From the NCBI GenBank assembly GCA_004347685.1, contig SLTJ01000032.1:118371-182370 (forward strand): DNA of 64,000 bases, read 5' to 3'. Position 1 is the stretch's first letter; each line of letters opens with the position of its first letter. The position numbers and the translations under genes are program-made. Shown here one piece after another: positions 55,955-62,986 of this stretch. This DNA is from Clostridia bacterium (GTDB lineage Bacteria; Bacillota; DSM-521; Neomoorellales; SLTJ01). The notes under the pieces are model-generated. The model was not told where the DNA came from. It ran no database searches and was given only the letters and a program-made list of their open reading frames with translations.

Positions 55955-56467
55955 GTGAGCAGTATGAAGAAGTGGGGGTTATTGGGCGCCTCCATAATCC
56001 TCGCTGCGGGCATGATGCTGTTCTTCTTCCAGGACAGCGAGGCGGGGGCAGCTACGGGAGGCGTCACCGCCCAGGCCAAAGTTAACCCCAACATCTCCGT
56101 GAGCGTCAGCCCCGCCAGCATAGTGCTTGAAGGGGTACCTGGTTCTACAGTTATCAGTACCAGCCCCGTAGTGGTCAACGTCAAGTCCAACGTGAACTAC
56201 AACTTGAGCGTCAAGGCGACCCAGGACCTAACGGATGCCAGTGTGAGCCCGGCCTTGACCCTCCCTATCAGCCGCTTGAGCTGGGCCCCGGCGGGAACAG
56301 GAACGTGGACGGCCTTTAGCCTGACGGACACAAGCATCGCTACCAATGAACCCAAGGCCGCTGGAACAGGGAAAGACTACAGTTTCGATTACCAGTTTGC
56401 CATTGACATCAATGACCCGGTAGGCACCTATTCCACGGATATTGTCTATACGGCCGTGGCCTACTAG
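55955..56467 (+). CDS. Secreted beta-rich protein (candidate surface/fibre subunit)
   Basis: Signal peptide MKKWGLLGASIILAAGMMLFFF...AGAA. Alternating beta-strand pattern with Ser/Thr/Val/Asn-rich composition, ends ...GTYSTDIVYTAVAY. Confidence 0.6.
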   Translation: MSSMKKWGLLGASIILAAGMMLFFFQDSEAGAATGGVTAQAKVNPNISVSVSPASIVLEGVPGSTVISTSPVVVNVKSNVNYNLSVKATQDLTDASVSPALTLPISRLSWAPAGTGTWTAFSLTDTSIATNEPKAAGTGKDYSFDYQFAIDINDPVGTYSTDIVYTAVAY

Positions 56468-56646
56468 TCCATGCAACTGGCGTACAGGGATTGCTATTCT
56501 GTCAGAGGGGCAAGCCGGGAAGCGAGGGGCAACAGTCCTGCAGCTAGTGGCTTGTGCTTCTCCGGCTTGCTTCCTTAGTCTGTCATTTGCTTGGCCGAAG
56601 GGTAACGCCTAGCTGATGTTACGGGTGGTGGGACGGAGGGCTGGCG

Positions 56647-58026
56647 TTGAAGAACCTGGAACGGAAAGCGCTTTTCTTTTTTCTCGGCTTATTTTTCGGG
56701 CTGCTGTTTACTCCAACGGCCTATGCGGAAGTAAGGCTGGGGCTTACGCCGGCCAAGGTAGAGTTGTCTTTGGCCGGAGGTGAAGGTGGCAGTGGAGAAA
56801 TAACCGTGGTCAACGAAGGCAGCGAGCCTTTGGAAGTAAGCTTCTACGTTCGTGACTATTACTTTGCCGACGACGGCAAGATCGTTTTTGCCGAGGGTCA
56901 GGAAAAAAGGTGGTCGGCCAGCAAGTGGCTTGAAGTGGGGCAAGTATCCGGCCGCATTTCCCCGGGCGCAAGTATCAGGCTTCCCTACCGGGTACGCGTG
57001 CCACTAGGTGCCGAGCCCGGCAGCCACTGGGCGGTCATCTTCGCCGAAGGCAGGGCGATAGGGAACAATACGCGCACCTCGCCCCTGGGGGTCCGGGTGG
57101 GGGCAGTGGTGCTGATCACTGTTCCCGGCGACGTGATTGCCAAGGGAGAAATACTCGACTTCCGCGTCCCTGCAGTTGGCTATAAGAAGGTTCCCGTCAC
57201 CTTCAAGTTCCGCAACAGCGGCAATGTCCATATCAACCTGCGCCCCCAGCTAGAGGTGTTCCACAAGGGTCAGGTTATTAACCGGACGCAGTTGGACGAG
57301 GTTGTTTCTTACCCGCAAACCGTCCGCGAGGTAAAGGGCTACCTGCAGCTTGGGAATATCTGGGGACTGCACGAGGCCGTGCTGAAAATCGAACAGGAGG
57401 GGGGTACTATGGTTTACCGGGCTCCATTTCTTTTGCTTCCCTGGCCGTGGATCCTGGGTGGCCTTCTTCTTCTCGCTTATCTTTTGGCCTGGCTTATCAT
57501 ACGCAGGAGAAGGAAACAGGCCAGCCCGAGACTTGACGAATACCCGGCTCCCGGCGAACTGGCCGTGGGGAGAGAAGCGGCTGCGGTCCGCCAAGCCCTG
57601 GGCATAAGCGCGGCCCTCCCGTTGCCAGCGCAGCGGCCTTCCTCCCGGTCCAGCCGGGCTGATTTTACCAAGACACTCAATATCTTGACGGAAACCGTCG
57701 AACAGCTACGGCAGGAAAACGCCCTGCTAAGGCGCAATCTGGAAGACCTCTCTAGCCAGGCGAGCAGCGAACGCTGGGAAAAGGTGGTGGCAGAAAGCCT
57801 CATTGACGCCCAGACGGAAATTGAAAACGTCCGGGCTAAAGCCGCGGCCAGCATAGAGAGGGCCAACCGTGAGGCCCACAAGCAGATGGCCGAGATCGAA
57901 AACCGGTTTAGAGAAAAGTTCAAGGTATTGCTCAATGATTACAAGGCCACGCTCTCGGACGTAGAGAGGTTTTTGGGCAGGCTTGGTAGTGCGGGAGGAG
58001 CAGTAGATGAGGGCGGAGACAGTTAA
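56647..58026 (+). CDS. Membrane protein: Ig-like ectodomains + TM + DivIVA-like coiled-coil tail
   Basis: Signal peptide. Beta-sandwich-like ectodomain (GEITVVNEGSEPLEVSFYV...). TM segment LLLPWPWILGGLLLLAYLLAWLII + RRRRK. Cytoplasmic coiled coil (VEQLRQENALLRRNLEDL...). Confidence 0.6.
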   Translation: MKNLERKALFFFLGLFFGLLFTPTAYAEVRLGLTPAKVELSLAGGEGGSGEITVVNEGSEPLEVSFYVRDYYFADDGKIVFAEGQEKRWSASKWLEVGQVSGRISPGASIRLPYRVRVPLGAEPGSHWAVIFAEGRAIGNNTRTSPLGVRVGAVVLITVPGDVIAKGEILDFRVPAVGYKKVPVTFKFRNSGNVHINLRPQLEVFHKGQVINRTQLDEVVSYPQTVREVKGYLQLGNIWGLHEAVLKIEQEGGTMVYRAPFLLLPWPWILGGLLLLAYLLAWLIIRRRRKQASPRLDEYPAPGELAVGREAAAVRQALGISAALPLPAQRPSSRSSRADFTKTLNILTETVEQLRQENALLRRNLEDLSSQASSERWEKVVAESLIDAQTEIENVRAKAAASIERANREAHKQMAEIENRFREKFKVLLNDYKATLSDVERFLGRLGSAGGAVDEGGDS

Positions 58027-58483
58027 TCCTTTCATTGAAGAGATGGTGAAGGTTTTCCAAGAGGAACTGGCCATAACCTGCCAAAAGAAAAGCGTTTCCC
58101 TCCAGCATGTCCCAGTAACCTGGCATGAGGTAAACGTGCTTATAGACATCAGGGGTGCGGCGGAAGCGGCGGTTATCTACAGTATGGAGGAAGATACGGC
58201 CTGTGCCCTGGCAGGGGCCTTTCATAAAGATAAGTCCTTCCAGGGCTACTGCTACGAAGTAGAAGATTCGGTCAAGGAGTTATTTAACATTGTCAGCGGG
58301 CAAGCCCTGAAAATACTGGAGAATAAAGGTTTAGCCTGTACCCTGCCGGGACCGCCGTCCGTCATTATAGGGCGCCTGCGCGCCGTCCCTGTAGTACGCC
58401 GCCCCCTGTTAGTGGTAATCTTGGATACGCCTGTTGGCTTGGTCCGGGTGAGCGTGTCAATGGTGGATAAGGCTGGCCGATAA
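58007..58483 (+). CDS. CheX/CheC-like domain protein
   Basis: VNPFIEEMVKVFQEEL...VNVLIDIRGAAEAAVIYSMEEDTACALAGAF...ELFNIVSGQA follows the CheX pattern. Confidence 0.65.
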   Translation: MRAETVNPFIEEMVKVFQEELAITCQKKSVSLQHVPVTWHEVNVLIDIRGAAEAAVIYSMEEDTACALAGAFHKDKSFQGYCYEVEDSVKELFNIVSGQALKILENKGLACTLPGPPSVIIGRLRAVPVVRRPLLVVILDTPVGLVRVSVSMVDKAGR

Positions 58484-58554
58484 ACTGTTTTCCTTCGCAC
58501 TTTCTGCTTACCCCCATGATCGTGGCACAATAGTAATCATTTAGGAAGGGGATC

Positions 58555-59178
58555 GTGTTGTCGAGCGTTAGTGCCTACGTGGAGGCCGATGAGAAGGAGC
58601 CACCGGTACATAGCGGAACGCCGGTAGATTTTGAAGCCATTTATTCTCATTACCTTAACCTGCTATACTGGATGACACACCGTTTCTGCAGTCCTGGATC
58701 ACCGGACTTTGAAGATTACCTTCAGGAAGCCGCTATTGCTCTGTGGGAAGCAACGCAGAGCTATGATCCCCATAAAGGTAACGCCAATGCCTTCATAGCT
58801 AACTGCGTGCGGTGCAGGCTAATAAACTATTTGAAGGCCGAGAGGCGCCGGCAGCCCACCATCTCCCTTGATGCCCAGCCGGACGATGCCAACGGACTAT
58901 ATGAAAGGTTAGGCCTTCCCAGCGCCAACGTGGAGGCCATAGTTATCGGGAGAGAAGAACGGAAAAACCTAATTGACAGCCTTACCCAACTAGAAAGGAA
59001 TTGTGCCCTTTTATTTGCCTGGGGTTTCTCCTACGATGAAGTAGCCAGGGTTTTGGGCATAACCACGAAATCCGTGGATAATGCCTTGCGTCGGGTACGG
59101 CTAAAGGGATGCCGCGCCTTTACTCCTCTAAATAAATTCCGGGGAGGGAGAAAGGATAAACTGGAGGCGAGTGTTTGA
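58555..59178 (+). CDS. Sigma-70-family (ECF-like) RNA polymerase sigma factor
   Basis: Region 2 (DYLQEAAIALWEATQSYDPHKGNANAFIANCVRCRLINYLK) and region 4 HTH (FSYDEVARVLGITTKSVDNALRRVRLK). Confidence 0.75.
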   Translation: MLSSVSAYVEADEKEPPVHSGTPVDFEAIYSHYLNLLYWMTHRFCSPGSPDFEDYLQEAAIALWEATQSYDPHKGNANAFIANCVRCRLINYLKAERRRQPTISLDAQPDDANGLYERLGLPSANVEAIVIGREERKNLIDSLTQLERNCALLFAWGFSYDEVARVLGITTKSVDNALRRVRLKGCRAFTPLNKFRGGRKDKLEASV

Positions 59179-59362
59179 CGCCCTGGAGGCGTATGACCGC
59201 TTGTTACAGGAAAACCGGGTAGTTGAGGCCCTCGAAATTCTTTACCAGGAGGCCGGAGCAGATAAGGTCACTGACGATGATTGGCGGGTAGCCCTGGCCC
59301 GTTTCCGTACCGTCTATGGCCGACCTCCCCTCTTCCCTGGGGAGCAAGACGGCGGCGAGTGA
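59171..59362 (+). CDS. Small hypothetical protein
   Basis: 63 aa. Start overlaps the sigma gene stop (possible anti-sigma or accessory protein, with no direct evidence). Confidence 0.3.
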   Translation: MFDALEAYDRLLQENRVVEALEILYQEAGADKVTDDDWRVALARFRTVYGRPPLFPGEQDGGE

Positions 59363-59524
59363 AATAACTCTTCCTTAAAACCAGGTTAGTCAACCTTTTC
59401 CCCTGGGTCTCGATAGCTTTTGGCAGGAGATTGGAATAAAATGTCGAAGAAACAAATTAAGCCATTAGAAAGGACTGGACACAGTGGCAAGGCCTGTCGA
59501 AAAGATGAACAATTGTTCAATTAT

Positions 59525-59569
59525 GGGGGGGGGGGGGTAACAATTGCTATAGATGCCATTTAGTGGAAA
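59525..59569 (+). repeat. Poly-G tract (G13) + conserved 32-nt box, copy B
   Basis: G13 at 59525-59537, then TAACAATTGCTATAGATGCCATTTAGTGGAAA (30 of 32 identical to copy A). Confidence 0.9.
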
Positions 59570-59679
59570 TATGTCTCTGCTGCTTTTTTCTCCCTCTCTG
59601 TGGCTTTGCCCGGTGTGGAAATACTCCTGCCCGCTGTCGTTCCCCTGACATTTTAACTGCAACTTCACTTTCTCCCAAT

Positions 59680-59775
59680 ATCCTACGCTCAAGGCAAACC
59701 TGTCGAAAGGCAGGGACGCAAAGCCATGGGTCTAAAGCCCCTTTTGGGGGTATGATCGCCAGGCTGCCGCAGGAT
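59680..59775 (+). promoter_or_regulatory. c-di-GMP-I (GEMM-I) riboswitch #2
   Basis: ACGCUCAAGGCAAACCUGUCGAAAGGCAGGGACGCAAAGCCAUGGGUCUAAAGCC... is a near-textbook match to the Vc2-type aptamer. Confidence 0.88.
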
Positions 59776-59791
59776 TGTTTCTGTTTGTATC

Positions 59792-59814
59792 GGCAGCTCA
59801 AGCTGCCATTTTTT
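59792..59814 (+). terminator. Expression-platform terminator of riboswitch #2
   Basis: GGCAGC-TCAA-GCTGCC + ATTTTTT. GCTGCC is also part of the aptamer 3' P1 region, allowing mutually exclusive folds. Confidence 0.65.
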
Positions 59815-59833
59815 GTTAAGAGGGAGTAAGAAG

Positions 59834-60562
59834 GTGGTAGATCTGTCAGCAGGTTTGTCAGGGGTTGAAAACCTTCGGACATTTATCGGGGCCATGCAGG
59901 AGTACGACCCCACATTACTTAGCCATAGCTTGGGGGTAACTAATATCGCTTGGCAGTTGGCTTCTTACCTAAAAGTGGAAAATGGCTTTCAAGTTCTGCT
60001 GCAGGGCGCCCTTCTCCATGATATAGGCAAGACCTTAATTGACCGGGCCATTTTACAAAAGCCTGGCCCGCTAAGCCCAGCGGAGCAAGAGATCATGAAG
60101 CGTCATCCAGTGGACGGCGCGCAAATGCTGGCCGAAAAAGGCTTTAGCAAGGAACTCCAGGTGGTAGTGCTCTATCACCACGAGCGTTGGGACGGCAAGG
60201 GTTACCTGGGCCTAGCCGGGAATGACATGCCGCTTAATGCTCAAATTGTTGCCCTGGCTGACGCCATAGACGCCATGTCCAGTGACCGCCCGTACCGGGA
60301 GGCTCTTCCGCCGCTCGCGGTTTACGATGAGATTGAGAAAGGTGCTGGCAGCCAGTTTTCTTCTGAATTGGTTGGCCGTCTTGCTCAGGCAGGCTTTTGG
60401 CCCACAGATGGTTTGGGGAAAGAAAGGGTGCTGCATCTCATTAATCGGGAGCGCCAGTGGCTCAATTTCTTGGCGGAGCAGTTTCACAGTCTGCGGCACC
60501 CCCTGGTCCAAATACAAAACAGGAGGCTGGATAAGTTGGTAACGGCATACTATGGGGAATAG
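59834..60562 (+). CDS. HD-GYP-type c-di-GMP phosphodiesterase (GYL variant)
   Basis: HSLGV...LLHDIGK...HHERWDGKGYLGL...ALADAIDAMSSDRPYR. GAGGGAG RBS before the GTG at 59834 (track start 59813 lies inside the terminator). Confidence 0.8.
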   Translation: MVDLSAGLSGVENLRTFIGAMQEYDPTLLSHSLGVTNIAWQLASYLKVENGFQVLLQGALLHDIGKTLIDRAILQKPGPLSPAEQEIMKRHPVDGAQMLAEKGFSKELQVVVLYHHERWDGKGYLGLAGNDMPLNAQIVALADAIDAMSSDRPYREALPPLAVYDEIEKGAGSQFSSELVGRLAQAGFWPTDGLGKERVLHLINRERQWLNFLAEQFHSLRHPLVQIQNRRLDKLVTAYYGE

Positions 60563-60832
60563 GATTGCGTAGTGCAGGAACCCGTCAATCACTTTTTTGA
60601 GGGGTGAGGCAGGCTGGACTACAGTCAGCCCGGCGTGACTGCGCCCTAGGCATCACTTCCCAGTCCTGGTTTAAGAGCAGTGATTAACATCTTACCCCCT
60701 GGGTCCCTACATAAGTGAATTGCCAGGGGTACAACGCCGGCCAGTTTCCAAATCATAATAGGGAGAGCAGCCGAATAGCCCTTTCCCGTGTCTGATCCAT
60801 TGTTTACTCGTGCCAGGGAGGTGGGCCAGATG

Positions 60833-60862
60833 TTGACGTATTCTTCCTAGACATGGTAAGAT
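60833..60862 (+). promoter_or_regulatory. Sigma-A-like promoter upstream of riboswitch #3
   Basis: TTGACG, 18 nt spacer, TAAGAT with TG at the extended -10 position. Confidence 0.5.
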
Positions 60863-60883
60863 ATGGTATATACGATCCAATAC

Positions 60884-60978
60884 CAGCGCTAAGGGTAAAC
60901 TTACCAAAAGGTGAGGACGCAGAGCCATAGGGTCTAAGGTGCTGGTGTGATGGCACTACGACAGCCTGGCCGCCGCTG
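60884..60978 (+). promoter_or_regulatory. c-di-GMP-I (GEMM-I) riboswitch #3
   Basis: CAGCGCUAAGGGUAAACUUACCAAAAGGUGAGGACGCAGAGCCAUAGGGUCUAAGG... P1 is CAGCG/CGCTG. More divergent than #1 and #2. Confidence 0.7.
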
Positions 60979-60989
60979 TAGGACGGTCT

Positions 60990-61019
60990 GACCTGCCCTT
61001 TCTCGCGGCAGGTCTTTTT
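60990..61019 (+). terminator. Expression-platform terminator of riboswitch #3
   Basis: GACCTGCC-(9 nt)-GGCAGGTC + TTTTT. Confidence 0.7.
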
Positions 61020-61124
61020 GTCTCTAGAAGGGCTGTTCTGTATTGCCGATAAACAGTGTCGGGGTTGGCGATAAAACTTCGGCGCTTCGCTCGGCGGCTT
61101 CCCCAAAAAGGAGGGCGGTGAGCC

Positions 61125-61370
61125 ATGCAGCGGAAGCCAAAACTGCGGGAATTGATCGTTAGAGTTAAAAACGGTGAGGAGGACGCCGTCCTTGAAGTGG
61201 TGCAGCGGTTCATTCCACTGGTCAGGAAGTACAGCCGTCGCATGGGCTATGACGAAGCCTGTTCCGACCTGGTCGTCTGGATTGTAAGCGCGGTCCACAG
61301 GTATGAACCGCGTACCACCTGGGGCCGGGACGAACTCCAGAAATATTTCGCGAGCAAACGGCATGACTAG
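61125..61370 (+). CDS. Small HTH protein (Tn916 orf8 / HTH_16-like)
   Basis: LRELIVRVKNGEEDAVLEVVQRFIPLVRKYSRR resembles the small conjugative-transposon HTH/sigma region-2-like proteins. AAAGGAGGG RBS. Confidence 0.55.
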   Translation: MQRKPKLRELIVRVKNGEEDAVLEVVQRFIPLVRKYSRRMGYDEACSDLVVWIVSAVHRYEPRTTWGRDELQKYFASKRHD

Positions 61371-61388
61371 GAAAAATTTTTTTTGGTA

Positions 61389-61424
61389 GGGGGTTGTCAA
61401 AATGCCCCCTACTTTCTCTTTATT
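61389..61424 (+). promoter_or_regulatory. Element-specific promoter-like box, copy 1
   Basis: GGGGGTTGTCAAAATGCCCCCTACTTTCTCTTTATT, part of a ~75-nt repeat shared with 62060-62135. Confidence 0.45.
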
Positions 61425-61514
61425 AAGTAGAGGGCAAGAAATGAAAACCGGGGGAGGTGAAAAAGATGGAACCCTACACCTGACGACGGTGAATACGACC
61501 TGGAAGAGGCTAGG

Positions 61515-61904
61515 GTGGTGGCCTGGTTCGTGACCGGCCTACGCCATGAAGCGCTCCGGTTGGCCAGGAAACACAGGCGACTGAAAGAGCGTGAGTTGCT
61601 CATCCTAAACGAACAATTGAAGAACGAGGCGGGAGGTGAGGCCATAGCCAGAATGCTCAGTACCGTTAACCCACCGCCGGACCTCCTTACCGAATTAGAG
61701 AACAAGCTGGTCCTCCAGGAAGCCCTCGCGTTGCTCACGCCGCTGCAGCAGAGGGTGGTCGTGGCAACGGTCCTGGAGGGTGTAACGGAACAAGAATTAG
61801 CCGGGGAAATGGGGGTGACCAAGCAGGCGGTAAACCGGATCAAAGAACGGGCTCTGGACAAGTTGCGAAAATATTTTGTCCTGGACAAGCCTCCCAGCAA
61901 GTAG
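61515..61904 (+). CDS. Small sigma-70 region-4 protein (Tn916 orf7-like)
   Basis: LTPLQQRVVVATVLEGVTEQELAGEMGVTKQAVNRIKERALDKLRKYF region 4 HTH. The start is ambiguous: the strong RBS+ATG at 61466 is in the -1 frame relative to this ORF and stops after 5 codons. Confidence 0.6.
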   Translation: MVAWFVTGLRHEALRLARKHRRLKERELLILNEQLKNEAGGEAIARMLSTVNPPPDLLTELENKLVLQEALALLTPLQQRVVVATVLEGVTEQELAGEMGVTKQAVNRIKERALDKLRKYFVLDKPPSK

Positions 61905-62077
61905 AGCCTAGTCCAGGACGGACAACCACAACCGCCCCGATCCGCAGGTAGTGGATTGCCGTTGATCATTGTACTCTATTCACGACTTGAAGTAAACCCG
62001 GAAGAGAATCCCTGTCACCGTGCCGGTAACTCTTCTCTACAAATTGCTGAACTAGCCTGGGTAAAAATTTTCCTTGA

Positions 62078-62113
62078 GGGGGTTGTCAAAATCCCCACTG
62101 CTTTCTCTTTATA
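62078..62113 (+). promoter_or_regulatory. Element-specific promoter-like box, copy 2
   Basis: GGGGGTTGTCAAAATCCCCACTGCTTTCTCTTTATA. Confidence 0.45.
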
Positions 62114-62117
62114 GGGT

Positions 62118-62551
62118 GAAGGGTCAAGAAGTGGGTCTTGTAGAACGGGTGCAACAAGTGTTCTTTGAGAATGTAACGCCGTTACCGCCCGGAGCGCCAG
62201 GCATTGCGGTGGCGGCGAGGCTTGGTGCCCGTGCTCACGCCGGTGTACCTGACCGTATCAGGCCGGAAGGTGGCACAAGGCTATAGTGCCACCACAAACG
62301 GTTGGATAAGGTTCGGGGAACCACCCTCCCTCCGGAGAGGGTCTGGGCGTGGAGTGAGCCCTGTCGGCCGCGGTAAAAAACGCGGTGGGAACCACAGGCG
62401 GGGTAGGCGCGCGCCAGCAGCGAGGCGCAAGCGGGTACCAAGGGCATTTGCCCAATAGGAGGCTGGGGGCCGGGCAACAGATCCAGCAAACTCGGAACCG
62501 GGGACTTCTTAAAGTAGAGCAAGAGCCGAGCCCCTGAAACGTTAGCAAACT
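62118..62551 (+). other. Hairpin-dense non-coding stretch (candidate ncRNA or single-strand origin)
   Basis: About 430 nt with no credible ORF. Local stems GGTGGCAC..GTGCCACC, CCCTC..GAGGG, CCGCG..CGCGG, GGGCA..TGCCC. Preceded by box copy 2. Confidence 0.35.
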
Positions 62552-62585
62552 GGGGTTGTCCAAAAATTCGACTTTATTTCATAGG
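62552..62585 (+). promoter_or_regulatory. Promoter-like box, copy 3 (divergent)
   Basis: GGGGTTGTCCAAAAATTCGACTTTATTTCATAGG, upstream of the small ORF 62632. Confidence 0.35.
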
Positions 62586-62631
62586 ACAAACCGCCGGGTG
62601 AATAGCATTAGCAGTAGAGGGGTGACGGCCC

Positions 62632-62853
62632 ATGCTCATTTTGCAAGGCAAGAACGGGCGGATCATCATAGACGAGCCGGTCATTAAAGAGCCCACGAGG
62701 GAGGATATTGAGGGCGTCTACAGGGTGCTGGTGGAGTGTTTGATTGCACAGGCACTGAGGGAACAAAATCAGGAGGCCGGTGGGAAAAAGGAGGCGGGGG
62801 AGAGGGATACAGAACCCAGTCAGCGAATTATTTCCACAGTACCATACGGGTAA
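62632..62853 (+). CDS. Small hypothetical protein (paralog of 13945-14181)
   Basis: MLILQGKNGRIIIDEPVIKEPTREDIEGVYRVLVECL... GAGGGGTG RBS. Lies 130 nt from attR. Confidence 0.55.
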   Translation: MLILQGKNGRIIIDEPVIKEPTREDIEGVYRVLVECLIAQALREQNQEAGGKKEAGERDTEPSQRIISTVPYG

Positions 62854-62986
62854 AGAGGCGGCAACTATAGCATTGGTTCTTCATATTATTACAGGTTTTA
62901 AGCGCGAGCTTTATAGTCAGGAAGAGACCACCATCGAGGTGGTTCTTTAAGCAAACGGTAATTGAACTAATGAGTATACAATCATT

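Noticed and set aside
60804-61400. A 198-aa minus-strand ORF.
   Set aside because: It overlaps riboswitch #3, its terminator and the + strand HTH gene. Its composition is odd and it has no RBS.
61466-61530. A programmed +1 frameshift (prfB-like) at ACC-UGA-C, linking the strong RBS+ATG (61466) to the sigma region-4 ORF.
   Set aside because: ACC to CCU is not a slippery re-pairing and no stimulatory SD-like element sits at the right distance. A simple frameshift mutation or sequencing error, or initiation at GTG 61515, is more likely. This is noted as start-site ambiguity in the feature.
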